NCBI GenBank assembly: GCA_036339465.1
Contig: JAYZAY010000078.1
Span: 18,218-82,217, forward strand
Source: Myxococcota bacterium
GTDB taxonomy: Bacteria; Myxococcota; XYA12-FULL-58-9; JABJBS01
DNA: 64,000 bases
Direction: 5' to 3'
This document shows positions 21,590 through 31,585 of this stretch, piece by piece. Under the pieces are notes generated by a model, which did no database searches, had not been told where the DNA came from, and saw only the letters and a list, made by a program, of their open reading frames with translations. A program made the translations under genes and the position numbers. Each line of letters starts with the position of its first letter. Positions within the stretch are counted from its first letter, which is position 1.

Positions 21590-22165
21590 ATGGTCAGTGA
21601 AACAAAGAGGGAGAAGGAGGTTGAAGCCGCAATTTCAACATTCCTAGAAGCAATCGATCCCTCTCCTAGAAAAGACCTGCAAACCACTCCCGCTAGAGTA
21701 GCCAATCTTTGGATTAAGCATCTTCTGGCCCATGAAAACAGCTCCATTGAGGACCTCCAAGTTCCGCCTATCCCCACGAATACCCAAGACCCCATCCTCG
21801 TAAGGAAACTCGGGCTCTATATGGTTTGCCCGCATCACCTTACCATAGGAAGTGGCTTCGCTGATATCGCTTACCTCCCAAAAGACCATATCGTTGGTTT
21901 TGGTCACATTTCCAATATCGTTGATTGGGCCAGCCAGCGGCTGTCGCTTCAAGAGGAAGTCGGGTCACGAATCTCCGAAGCACTGAAACAAGTCATCTCC
22001 CCAAAAGCCATTGTCAGTAGACTCATTGTTCAACATCCATGCCACACAATCCTGCACCCTCGCTCTCATAACGCTAGAATCGAAACCTTTTCTGTTTTTG
22101 GAGAAGAACAAAATATTGGGCTATTGAAAAATTTATTGGCTCGCTCTGATTCAGCTGAGCTTTAA
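21590..22165 (+). CDS. folE: GTP cyclohydrolase I, divergent
   Basis: TPARVA, CPHHL, AYLP, RLSLQEE and HPC; Zn ligands retained. Confidence 0.8.
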   Translation: MVSETKREKEVEAAISTFLEAIDPSPRKDLQTTPARVANLWIKHLLAHENSSIEDLQVPPIPTNTQDPILVRKLGLYMVCPHHLTIGSGFADIAYLPKDHIVGFGHISNIVDWASQRLSLQEEVGSRISEALKQVISPKAIVSRLIVQHPCHTILHPRSHNARIETFSVFGEEQNIGLLKNLLARSDSAEL

Positions 22166-22995
22166 AGCGGTTCTAAACCCAAGGTGGCCTTACCATTGGT
22201 AGAAGCTAAAGAAAAATAAGTCATCTCCTTACCGTACTCCGATATACCAAGTACGGGTGTATCTAACTCAGCTGTGATATCGTGTCGCTCCAGAGCAGCG
22301 ATCGCATTGCCAAGAACGATGTTCAGAAATTCAGCTAAAGCGGCCTGTAAAGCTTCGAGATCTGCCTCTTGAAGACAGGCTGTAAGGCCATAAAATAAAT
22401 CACGCGCAAAAATACGGTCTGAGCTCAAATGTACCCTCAGAGCGCTTTCCCCATAAACGACCAATGAAGCTACAACCTCATAGGAAGCAGCCTCTACAGG
22501 CTCCTGATAATCAATCTTCAATTTAATGCTAGAAACCTTCTCAGCCAGTTTTGGAACAAAATCGGCAACGTATTCTGCCAGGATGTGTCCTGCCAACCCC
22601 CCTGGCAAGTTTAAGTCCGCAAAGTCATACTCTGCCTGCTCAACGTGGAAACTTTCTAAAAGAGAGGCAAGATGATTCTCATCCTTCAACGCGCCTATCT
22701 CGATAAGAGCCTCTCCGATCTTAATCCGGCTTTTCCTCTCTTCCTCCACTAAATCCTCAACAACCTCAACAGGCAGCATTCCTTCATCGATGGCAATCTG
22801 ACTCGCAGTTAGGATGCAAGTTTTCTCAAGTTCGACCAGGCGCTCACCTTGTTCGAGCGAAAGGTGTCCCGCCTCAATCCCAAGAGCACAAAACGATTTC
22901 TTCCGTTCTTCCATCATCTGGAGCGCTTTGCGTAAATCATCAGCTAATACATGGTTGTGCGCAATCAAGAACTGGCCAAAAAACTTCACCCCCAT
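22162..22995 (-). CDS. CheX-type phosphatase with N-terminal helical repeats
   Basis: MGVKFFGQFL N-terminus; C-terminal AEFLNIVLGNA (ExxN) and TP motif. Confidence 0.7.
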   Translation of the reverse strand: MGVKFFGQFLIAHNHVLADDLRKALQMMEERKKSFCALGIEAGHLSLEQGERLVELEKTCILTASQIAIDEGMLPVEVVEDLVEEERKSRIKIGEALIEIGALKDENHLASLLESFHVEQAEYDFADLNLPGGLAGHILAEYVADFVPKLAEKVSSIKLKIDYQEPVEAASYEVVASLVVYGESALRVHLSSDRIFARDLFYGLTACLQEADLEALQAALAEFLNIVLGNAIAALERHDITAELDTPVLGISEYGKEMTYFSLASTNGKATLGLEPL

Positions 22996-23007
22996 TGTAT
23001 CACCCGC

Positions 23008-23406
23008 CTAACCCGCCGATGTCTTGTGCGCTTTCTCTGATGAAAAGAGAGCACGTAACTTTGATTCGTCGAAAGGTTTCGTTAAAACTTGAACTGCCCC
23101 CAACTTAAAAGCTTGTTCCGCTCTCGATCTAGATCCCGCCAAAGATGATAGCATCGCTACTCGCAACCTCGGATGTTCTGCTCTAAGTGCTCGGAGAGCT
23201 GTCAGGCCATCCATTCTCGGCATCACAATATCCATCACAACTAAATCTGGCTGAAGAGATTTCAACAAGACAACCGCCTCCACACCGTCCGTCGCCGTAC
23301 CCAGCATTTCCACCCCATCAATGCAATCCACCAGTCCCCGAAAATGCGCCACCACCGACGGACTATCATCAACAAGAACCACAGTTAGAGAATCGTTTTC
23401 AGACAT
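23008..23406 (-). CDS. single-domain response regulator (CheY-like)
   Basis: LVDDS, MDIVMPRMDG, MLSS and KPF; G-rich RBS before 23406. Confidence 0.9.
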   Translation of the reverse strand: MSENDSLTVVLVDDSPSVVAHFRGLVDCIDGVEMLGTATDGVEAVVLLKSLQPDLVVMDIVMPRMDGLTALRALRAEHPRLRVAMLSSLAGSRSRAEQAFKLGAVQVLTKPFDESKLRALFSSEKAHKTSAG

Positions 23407-23749
23407 TCTCCCCCCAAAACGAAGTAAGCTAAAGGTCAGGTAAGACCCCCAGCTTCCATTTGGTATAAGCCTAACGGTTCCCTGAGTTATAGTCCAATCC
23501 CACCAGGAAACCTTCAATAATTTTTGGATTCTCTAGGGGAAATATTTCTCCCAAACGGCCCTATATGATCCAAATATAACACAAGACACTACCGACACAT
23601 GCAAATACACAATCGCTGAATTTCGGAGGTTTTGCGAACATTGAATCAACAATCCAAATACCACCAAGGTTTAAAAAAGAAAAAAAATGAGCGTTATCAA
23701 ATCAGAAGAAAAGGAAGCTTGGATGAAAAAACATCCTGAACATTCATGC

Positions 23750-24815
23750 CTATCCCCCACGAGCCAATAAAAACGTGGCCCGATTCGAGCGAGCGATGCC
23801 GCACTCCAAGGATCAGAGGCCGCGGTGACTTTAACCTCAAGACTGGCAGTCATCACCACCCTACTTTGGAATTTCGCCAAACCAACAACCATACCCATTG
23901 CCCTGAGACCCACCTATAGGCGAACCGACCACCTTCCTAAGTGTAGGTTTTCCACCAATTGAGCTCATCTTGGTGGTGGAGCCGACAAGCATTCTCCCTC
24001 CTTGACATATTTTTAAGGAGGCTTTCCCATGACTCTCGTCACAATCCCAGGCCTAGGCCCAAGTCCAGGCGCACCCTGTGGCATTCAATCCAATCCGAGA
24101 ATACATCCAGCCGACGCACAAGGCTTGTTTTCGCCAAGCAACGCGACCTAAATCATGACCACAACATGAACTTGGGCGCGTATCTTTCGACGAGAAAAAG
24201 CGTAGACAAAGTCTTCCCACATTTGGGACACCCAAGATGGGCTACTGGTTTCAATGATCTTACCGAGAAATATCCCACCGAGGCTGGTTATGTTTTAAGT
24301 CGGTATCAGAAAATAGTAGAAGATGAAGCGTACCGCGTGGATGCATAGCTCTATGAAGCTCAGAGACGGGATTGTCCCCTACCAGAAACTCACGACCGCC
24401 CAGCTCCGAAGTAGCGGGCTTTTAGACTTTGAGGTCACCTCGGTAAAAAACCATGAAGTGCGTCGTGTCATTGTTCATAAGACCGGCCTTCTTATCGAGG
24501 ACACACCGACCAATCCTACTCTAAGGTTGGCAGATCTTTCGACCATTTACGCACAAGCGAAAAATACCCTCATCTTGGTAGACTCAACATTCGATACCCT
24601 CACTCTTCTACAACCCCTTAGCCTCGGGGCAAGTTTGGGCGTTGATAAATTTGAATTTGTACCGGTGCCCTGCTTCACCCAGATCCTGCCTATGTCTTCA
24701 TAGGGGCCTAAAGGACTTTACCCATTCGAATCGAGATCGCTCAAACAACAGCCATTGAGTTGGCAAGACGGCTCAAAAGACACCCAATGTTCAAAACAGC
24801 CAATACATATTCCGA
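23750..24815 (+). pseudogene. decayed Cys/Met-metabolism PLP enzyme (methionine gamma-lyase/cystathionine gamma-synthase) interrupted by an insertion
   Basis: Colinear fragments NVARFERA / AALQGSEAAV / RPTY..TDHL // SSGLLDFEVT / DTPTNPTLRLADL / LVDSTF..QPLSLGA / TGALLHP / HRGLK / TLPIR..AIELARRLKRHP. The PLP-lysine segment is not visible. Confidence 0.8.
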
Positions 24816-24840
24816 AAACACAGTAAACGCCTAAATCGGC

Positions 24841-26778
24841 TCAGCCAACCTTAGAAAATAGACGGTCATCTCTACCCTCTTCTAGCCCATGGAGTTCTTC
24901 CAAAATCTCCTCGCCTGTGGTCGCAATCATATTTTGCAGATATTCAGCCCTGGGGATACCCTTCTCTAAGAATCGCGCTAAGAGCTCCCTCCGCTCGGGA
25001 AACCGCTGAGCTTGCTCCCAAAGTAATTCGGCAACTGCCGCATCGGAGAGAAGCTGAGTAAAACGCTCAGCATGAAGCATAGCAAAAGAGAAATCTCTTT
25101 TCGGATCCCAATTCTTTAGTATATGCTCCGGCCACTCACGTAATTTATGGTCTGAGAGTGTCTTTAGTTTATCCCCAAACACCCGAGATAAAATAGTTTG
25201 TTCGGCCCCAAGCGCACATGACAATAATTTATTTACTTTCCGCTCCAGAGAATCTCTTGCTGAAACTGAACGCCACCGAACTTGAGCAATCTTCTGAACC
25301 AGCACTCGCGGTCGTTTTAGGTCTCCCAATAACGTATCTTTTGTCGCCATGAGTGCCTGAATTTGGCTTGTTCCCTCATAAATAGGAAGCACCAAGGAAT
25401 CACGAAGAAGCTTTTCAGCTCCAAATTCTGTGGTGTAACCAACCCCTCCATGAATCTGCATCGCCATACGAGACAATTCAACCGCTTTTTCTGCCCCCCG
25501 GTATTTGAGTAATGGCGTTAGTCTACGCGCCTTCCGAAGATGCCGACGATTTAGACGCTTGAGCTTCTCACGTTCGATATCGTCCTCAGCTATTCCTATT
25601 TTAAGATTAATCTCCGAACGCTGAGCCATCTCACTCTGAAATGCCGCTTCAACACCCAAAGCGCGAAGAACTTGTACCTCTGTCTTCATATCTCGAAGAT
25701 AGTCGGCAATCATTTCATGTTTTTCTATGGGCTTGCCCATAGAATGTCGGCCCTCTGCGTAGGATTTGGCCATCCGATAAGCGGCCTCTGCCAAACCAAT
25801 GCTCTCAAAACCAACTGCGACACGCGCATTATTCATGAGCGCGAGCATGTATCGAAAACCATCTCCTCGATTACCTATCAAATGAGCGGGTGAACGGTCG
25901 AAAACCATCGCACAAGTCGCGGAGTTCTTGTGCCCCAGTTTCTCCTCGAGACGATCTACCTTAGCATATCGAACTCTACCCTCGGGAGTATCCTCATAGG
26001 TGGGCACCAAAAAGAACGAAAGTCCACCGAGCCCCGCCATCGGGTCAGACACCTCTTCGGGCTCGGGCTCTGTACGAGCAATCACAAAATGATACTTGCC
26101 ATGCCCGGAGGAAATAAATGATTTTTCTCCAGTAACAAACCAATTACCTTCTTCGTCTTGCTCTCCTTTGGAACGAAGAGCCCCCATGTCACTTCCCGCA
26201 TTGGGTTCAGTTATATCCATCGCCCCCCATGTCCCATTGGTGACCATATCTTCGATCTCTTTTTGGAACCGACAACGAACCATCGTTTGAGTCTCATGAT
26301 CTATTTCGGTACTTCCCTCCATCGCCGAGAAAAGCAACATAGCCAGAGACATCCCTCCGTGAAAACTATGGTGCGTCATAATGGAAACGTCCGCCCTAGC
26401 GATTAGTTCCGCACCCAACATATAACAGAGCAATGGCGCATTCATGCCCCCAAACTCACGAGGCAGACACAAACCATGGAGCCCCATTTCGTGCATTTGT
26501 TCAAAAATCTTTGTCAGTTCGGGTGCCTCAACAACCTCTCCGTCCACGAGCTTCAGGTAATTTTTCTCGATAATCGGAATTTTTGGAGCGATTTCATCGG
26601 CCACAAAATTTCCCAACATGGAAAAGAAATCACGATAAAAATCCGTCGCCTCATCCGTATTTGAGAAACCATCTGGTAATTTAAAATTATTCTCAACTAA
26701 ACTGACCAGTGATTCCCAATCAACGTATTTCTCGATATAGAACTTAAGATCTTCATTATCATCATAAAAATTAGCCAT
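24841..26778 (-). CDS. acyl-CoA dehydrogenase family protein
   Basis: AMDITEPNAGSD, GEKSFIS, EEKLG, MNNAR, QIHGGVGY and PIYEGTSQIQ motifs. Confidence 0.93.
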   Translation of the reverse strand: MANFYDDNEDLKFYIEKYVDWESLVSLVENNFKLPDGFSNTDEATDFYRDFFSMLGNFVADEIAPKIPIIEKNYLKLVDGEVVEAPELTKIFEQMHEMGLHGLCLPREFGGMNAPLLCYMLGAELIARADVSIMTHHSFHGGMSLAMLLFSAMEGSTEIDHETQTMVRCRFQKEIEDMVTNGTWGAMDITEPNAGSDMGALRSKGEQDEEGNWFVTGEKSFISSGHGKYHFVIARTEPEPEEVSDPMAGLGGLSFFLVPTYEDTPEGRVRYAKVDRLEEKLGHKNSATCAMVFDRSPAHLIGNRGDGFRYMLALMNNARVAVGFESIGLAEAAYRMAKSYAEGRHSMGKPIEKHEMIADYLRDMKTEVQVLRALGVEAAFQSEMAQRSEINLKIGIAEDDIEREKLKRLNRRHLRKARRLTPLLKYRGAEKAVELSRMAMQIHGGVGYTTEFGAEKLLRDSLVLPIYEGTSQIQALMATKDTLLGDLKRPRVLVQKIAQVRWRSVSARDSLERKVNKLLSCALGAEQTILSRVFGDKLKTLSDHKLREWPEHILKNWDPKRDFSFAMLHAERFTQLLSDAAVAELLWEQAQRFPERRELLARFLEKGIPRAEYLQNMIATTGEEILEELHGLEEGRDDRLFSKVG

Positions 26779-26790
26779 AACATTCCTCAC

Positions 26791-27459
26791 TTAGGTTTCG
26801 TTCGTCTCACCGAATGCTAAAGGAGTTTCAACCCGAGGCAGAAACAACGCGGTACGTGCCATGCGCATAAACTCATTGGACATTCTTTCGAACTTAACTG
26901 GGTTTTCCGTTTCACCAGAGGGTTCCAGTAAAAAAGCGGTGGTATCCGCAGCTGCAAATCCACATAAAAGATGAACGACATTAACAATATATGCCTCTGG
27001 ATCTAGGTCTGGACGTACACGCCCATTCTCCTGTCCTTGCCGAAGCACGTCACAAATTATTTTGACCCATTCCTGAGTGTGGGTCAAAATGAGCTTTCGC
27101 ATATGCTCTGGACGGTCCAACATGTCCCTGACCAATAGTCGAGCTCGGTTCCGATCTTCCCTAAAAAAATCCATTCCTGCGTGAATAACCCATTCAAACC
27201 TATCCCGGCTTGTTTGGGCAGCCAAGAGAAGCTTTGGCAAACTCTCGTTCCACCGGCTTAGCAATTCGCTCAAAACAGCATCATAGAGGGCTACTTTGGA
27301 TGGGAAATGATATAGGAGAGACGCCTTACGTATTCCCACGGCATCCGCTATCCGCTGTAGTGAAGTACCCCCATAGCCACGCTCAGCAAATAAACGAGTC
27401 GCAGCCTTTAATAACTGCTCCCGCATGGCAATCTCAGGTTGGAGATCTAGTTCAGACAT
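26791..27459 (-). CDS. TetR/AcrR-family regulator
   Basis: AATRLFAERGYGGTSLQRIADAVGIRKASLLYHFPSK helix-turn-helix. Confidence 0.93.
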   Translation of the reverse strand: MSELDLQPEIAMREQLLKAATRLFAERGYGGTSLQRIADAVGIRKASLLYHFPSKVALYDAVLSELLSRWNESLPKLLLAAQTSRDRFEWVIHAGMDFFREDRNRARLLVRDMLDRPEHMRKLILTHTQEWVKIICDVLRQGQENGRVRPDLDPEAYIVNVVHLLCGFAAADTTAFLLEPSGETENPVKFERMSNEFMRMARTALFLPRVETPLAFGETNET

Positions 27460-27480
27460 CCCGCGCGAACTACCATGAAA

Positions 27481-27506
27481 CTACCAATCCGTCTACCGAT
27501 TGGTAG
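27481..27506. promoter_or_regulatory. probable TetR operator
   Basis: Inverted repeat CTACCAATC-N8-GATTGGTAG with nested CTACCGATTGGTAG, ~22 nt upstream of the TetR start. Confidence 0.6.
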
Positions 27507-27864
27507 GGTGCTCTGGTACTATTTGCGGGCAACCGTTACAATAACCTAAGCGACTAGAATAACTGAAAAAGAAAATTCATAAGTCAATAAAACGCCCCCT
27601 TGGCCCAAACAAAACCGACCGACTCTCACCAAATTCGAGAAAAACAGAAATTCAGTAGGCCACCCAAATACCGTGCTTCCACACCATGCTCACCGCCTTG
27701 AACAATCTGCCCCCCCCGTCAAACCAATCTCCATCTCCCCCATAAGATATAAGAGCGCCCAGATAACCCGGGGAGCCCCAAGCTACCAACAAGGTCGTGC
27801 CGAAACCCTGACTCTCACAATTATGGCGTTTGCTCTAAAAGCACCAAGACCATACTTAATGGGT

Positions 27865-28545
27865 TTAAACAGAGACCAAGCGACGTCTTACCAACAAGAA
27901 AAGGAGGAGAGGCCAAGGTGACGACGCACATCCTCCCCCGTCATTTTGAGACGGCGCATTTTGAGACGGCGTATTTTGAGACGGCGCATTTTCCACAGAG
28001 GCCACTCCGATGTTCATAAGCTCACGAAAGCCGGTACCCGTTCCTTCACAACTCCAATCAGAGTCAACCCAGTCTGAAAACGTGTTGGTCCAATACCACC
28101 CGAACTCTGACCCAGAAACGAATACACGAGCAATCCCGATAGCCGTATATTCAGGGTCGAGCATATTCTCGTTGTGACCCAAACTCGTTTGCCACTGCCG
28201 AAAAGTTTCTTTTGCGCCCTTGTTTCCTCCCGCTATATTCTCGGCCGCAACTGTCCATTTCCTATGGCCAAATGAATCGATCCGGTCAAAAGGGTCACGC
28301 CCCACACAATTTTCGCCAGCGCCATCACAAGGAGGCTCTTGATGACAAAAAAAGCCTTCCTTCCCCATCGCCTCACTCATATAGTGAGCAGCAGCACTCA
28401 GAGTGTGAGATGGCTTAAGACAAGGTGCACCCGCAGCCTCACGATAGGCATTTATTTGTGCTAGAAATAACAGTTCTTCGTCGTCAAGTTCTAAATCGAA
28501 GGTTTCTGCACCCATCGCCAACATTAAAACAAAGGTCCAGCTCAT
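27865..28545 (-). CDS. secreted CAP/SCP-domain protein with MYXO-CTERM-like sorting tail
   Basis: INAYR, ENIAGG, WQTSLGHNENML and IGIA; tail GGGCASSPWPLLLFLLVRRR. Confidence 0.85.
   Translation of the reverse strand: MSWTFVLMLAMGAETFDLELDDEELLFLAQINAYREAAGAPCLKPSHTLSAAAHYMSEAMGKEGFFCHQEPPCDGAGENCVGRDPFDRIDSFGHRKWTVAAENIAGGNKGAKETFRQWQTSLGHNENMLDPEYTAIGIARVFVSGSEFGWYWTNTFSDWVDSDWSCEGTGTGFRELMNIGVASVENAPSQNTPSQNAPSQNDGGGCASSPWPLLLFLLVRRRLVSV
27942..27992. repeat. 15-bp tandem repeat (~3.4 copies) encoding an N[AT]PSQ linker
   Basis: (C/T)ATTTTGAGACGGCG x3 plus CATTTT. Confidence 0.9.
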
Positions 28546-28597
28546 CCGGTAATCTCACTTCCTTTTCAAAGAAGAGGCATCCCATTTCTCAAGCCCC

Positions 28598-29131
28598 TTG
28601 ACAAGACACAACAAATACAAGCCTTATGCGCCTGTGAAAGAAAAGCACATACAAATTCGAATTGAACAATGTCTCGCGCTCGCCAAAGCCTCAAACTGCC
28701 CACGACGCACCTTTGGGGCGCTCCTATTGGAGCCGGACCGCAATGTTGTGCTTATGGACGGATACAACGGCGGCCCCCGTGGCGGCGGAAAACTTTGCGG
28801 TGGTGAGATTTGTTTGAGGGAATCCATGAATGTTCAATCCGGGACTCGAATGGAAATTGGCTGCCACCATGCGGAAATGAATGTAATTTGTAATGCCGCC
28901 GCCAATGGAGTGTCTACACGTAACGCGTGGCTGATCGTTACCGGAGAACCCTGCACCCTCTGCTCGAAATTGATTCATCATGCGGGAATTAGCAGAGTAC
29001 TGGTCGTAGAAGGTGGTTATGCCGGAGAAAATGGTTGTGACTATCTAATGACTCACGGTGTTGAAGTGGTTCGGCTAGAAGGCCCCCAAGACCCAAGACT
29101 CAGCGCCTGCGCCCAAGACGAAAGAACATAG
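28598..29131 (+). CDS. dCMP deaminase (ComEB family)
   Basis: SNCPRR, GYNG, HAEMN and PCTLC motifs. Confidence 0.88.
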   Translation: MTRHNKYKPYAPVKEKHIQIRIEQCLALAKASNCPRRTFGALLLEPDRNVVLMDGYNGGPRGGGKLCGGEICLRESMNVQSGTRMEIGCHHAEMNVICNAAANGVSTRNAWLIVTGEPCTLCSKLIHHAGISRVLVVEGGYAGENGCDYLMTHGVEVVRLEGPQDPRLSACAQDERT

Positions 29132-29188
29132 AAAACAGACACAAGGGTCGGTCTACTCTCTTACAAAACACCCGAAACAAAATTTCCC

Positions 29189-29416
29189 ATGCCTCCACCA
29201 TGGGGTGGTCGTACGGATACTTGGTGGCCCGGATCCCACTTCATTGAGTTGGGTGCCACCCCAAATTTACCACAAAGCTTAATGAGGATGGTCACTTCGT
29301 CGTCAAATGTAATCATCACAAGGCCCCCACACTCCCACCCAAAGCAAAAGAAATGGCTGCACTATGGCTCCGGCACCACGCATTTGCCTTCCAAAGCCCC
29401 TACCAAGAAGCATTTC
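29189..29416 (+). pseudogene. remnant of a myxobacterial-type esterase C-terminus
   Basis: WGGRTD in one frame, then [17 protein letters not shown]...WLRHHAF..SPY in another. Family assignment is from memory of the motif. Confidence 0.4.
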
Positions 29417-29496
29417 GAACCTCCCAAGCTATTGCACCTACGAACACTAATGGTGTAAGCGCCAGTCACCCGAAACAACACGGGAGACTTTGGAAA

Positions 29497-30495
29497 ATGG
29501 GAACAAACGATATTAAACATGACTGGAGCCTCAAGGAAGTCGAGGAGATCTATCAGTTGCCGTTAATGGAACTGGTGCATCGCGCGTCCGATCTCCAGAG
29601 ACGCTACCACAAGGCGTTAGACATTCAAAAGTGCACCCTTCTTTCAATTAAAACTGGTGGCTGCCCAGAAGATTGTGGCTACTGCTCACAAAGTGCGCAT
29701 CACGACGCAGCCCTAAAACGCTCAAAGCTTATGAGCGTTGAAACCGTCAGAGAAACCGCAAAAAAAGCCAAGAAAGCCGGAGCCACAAGATTGTGCATGG
29801 GAGCGGCATGGCGCCAAGCAAAGGATGGCACTGCCTTTGACCGTGTTCTCGAGATGATCCAAGCCGTAAATAATGAAGGCCTTGAATCATGTGTCACCTT
29901 GGGAATGCTAACCGCAGGTCAAGCAAAACGGCTAAAAAATGTCGGCTTAACGACCTACAATCACAATATCGACACCTCACGGGAATATTACCCATCAGTC
30001 ATCACCACACGAACTTTCGACCAGCGTCTTCAAACACTGAAACATGTTAGAGATGCCGGCTTGGGAATGTGTACGGGCGGAATCATCGGCTTAGGAGAAA
30101 AAGTAGAAGACCGGTATGGAATGTTACACACTCTGGCAACCCTGAAACCACATCCTGATTCGCTTCCAGTAAACCTACTGGTCCCGGTTCAGGGTACACC
30201 GCTGGAAAACAGGGAGCCTGTCGATCCCTTAGAACTGGTCCGTACTATAGCCACCGCGCGGATTCTGTGTCCCAAGGCCCGAGTTCGTCTCTCTGCGGGT
30301 CGAAAATCACTCACCCGAGAAGCACAAACATTGTGCTTCCTCGCCGGAGCAAATTCCATTTTCTTTGGTGAGCAACTTCTTACGACGCCCAACAACCCCG
30401 AAGACTCGGATACGGAACTCTTTTCCGCCTTGGGAATATCAAGCAATGTCGTTAACACAGAAACAGTACCTTCAAAAACTACACACAGCGCTTGA
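29497..30495 (+). CDS. bioB: biotin synthase
   Basis: [16 protein letters not shown] radical-SAM motif, YNHNIDT, RLSAGR and GANSIF. Confidence 0.96.
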   Translation: MGTNDIKHDWSLKEVEEIYQLPLMELVHRASDLQRRYHKALDIQKCTLLSIKTGGCPEDCGYCSQSAHHDAALKRSKLMSVETVRETAKKAKKAGATRLCMGAAWRQAKDGTAFDRVLEMIQAVNNEGLESCVTLGMLTAGQAKRLKNVGLTTYNHNIDTSREYYPSVITTRTFDQRLQTLKHVRDAGLGMCTGGIIGLGEKVEDRYGMLHTLATLKPHPDSLPVNLLVPVQGTPLENREPVDPLELVRTIATARILCPKARVRLSAGRKSLTREAQTLCFLAGANSIFFGEQLLTTPNNPEDSDTELFSALGISSNVVNTETVPSKTTHSA

Positions 30496-31585
30496 AAAAC
30501 GCCGAGAAGACCTCCTCTTTCGAGAGCTCGTCTCTTCTCCCGGCATTGACTTCGCGTCCAACGATTATCTAGGTCTTAGCCAATCCACCGAGCTAGCGAC
30601 CAAAATTATTTCACATATTCAATCGCACGGGCTGGGAGCGGGAGCATCTCGCCTTCTGAATGGACACCACGAACTTCACGCAAAAACAGAACACCACCTT
30701 GCCTGTTTTTGCGAACGACAAGATTCACTTCTTTTCTCATCGGGATTTGCTCTCAACACCGGCATTCTTGCCGCAATTATTCCAGACAACGCTGTTGTTT
30801 TCTCCGACGAATTAAATCATGCAAGCCTGATAGACGGTTTACGACTGACAAAAGCAAAACGCTGTATATTCAACCATCATGATTTTAGTCATCTAGAAAT
30901 GCTATTAGAAAGCCACGCCAACTTCGATACCAAATTCATCGTCACAGAGTCACTCTTTTCCATGGACGGAGACCTCACAGACCTCGAAACACTCTGTGAT
31001 ATAGCAACCCATCACAACGCCATGGTAATCATAGACGAGGCGCATGCCACTGGCATATATGGGCCTAACGGTAGCGGCCGCATCGAAGAACTCGGCCTAC
31101 AAGAAAAAGTTTTATGCTCTATGCACACTGGTGGTAAAGCCCTTGGCGTATCAGGAGCCTGGCTTGCATGTAACAAGACCCTCAAACAACATTTGGTTAA
31201 CCACTGTCGAAGTTTTATCTACTCAACCGCCACGCCCGTACCAGTTACCGCTGGCCTCTTAGAGGCCACCCAAATCGTCAAAGAAAAAACCGAACTCAGA
31301 ACTCAACTCAAGGCAAATATTAAGGATCTCTCCTCCCGCATTAATACGTGGTTACCACAACAAACCCCCACCCAGATACTTCCGTTGGTCGTCGGTGAAG
31401 CGGATAAATCCTTAAAACTCGCAGAATACCTCCAGAATGCCCAATTGGCAGTCAAAGCAGTTCGCCCACCCACCGTTGCTAACATGACTTCTCGTTTAAG
31501 ATTGACCGTTAAGGCCACCCACACCAAAAGCCAGATTGAAAAATTGAGTCGTCTCATTCACAATTTCTTGGGAGAACCACAATGA
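30446..31585 (+). CDS. bioF: 8-amino-7-oxononanoate synthase
   Basis: [34 protein letters not shown] and RPPTV motifs. Confidence 0.94.
   Translation: MSLTQKQYLQKLHTALEKRREDLLFRELVSSPGIDFASNDYLGLSQSTELATKIISHIQSHGLGAGASRLLNGHHELHAKTEHHLACFCERQDSLLFSSGFALNTGILAAIIPDNAVVFSDELNHASLIDGLRLTKAKRCIFNHHDFSHLEMLLESHANFDTKFIVTESLFSMDGDLTDLETLCDIATHHNAMVIIDEAHATGIYGPNGSGRIEELGLQEKVLCSMHTGGKALGVSGAWLACNKTLKQHLVNHCRSFIYSTATPVPVTAGLLEATQIVKEKTELRTQLKANIKDLSSRINTWLPQQTPTQILPLVVGEADKSLKLAEYLQNAQLAVKAVRPPTVANMTSRLRLTVKATHTKSQIEKLSRLIHNFLGEPQ

Noticed and set aside
23943..24000. GFPPIELILVV, resembling a type IV prepilin motif
   Set aside because: No start codon or continuing hydrophobic helix, and the segment is equally explained by the DNA hairpin.
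23941..24412. Insert as a group II intron (starts GTGTAG)
   Set aside because: No convincing domain V or consensus ends.
27942..27992. Direct repeats as a CRISPR array
   Set aside because: Contiguous 15-bp units with no spacers, inside a coding linker, and no cas genes.
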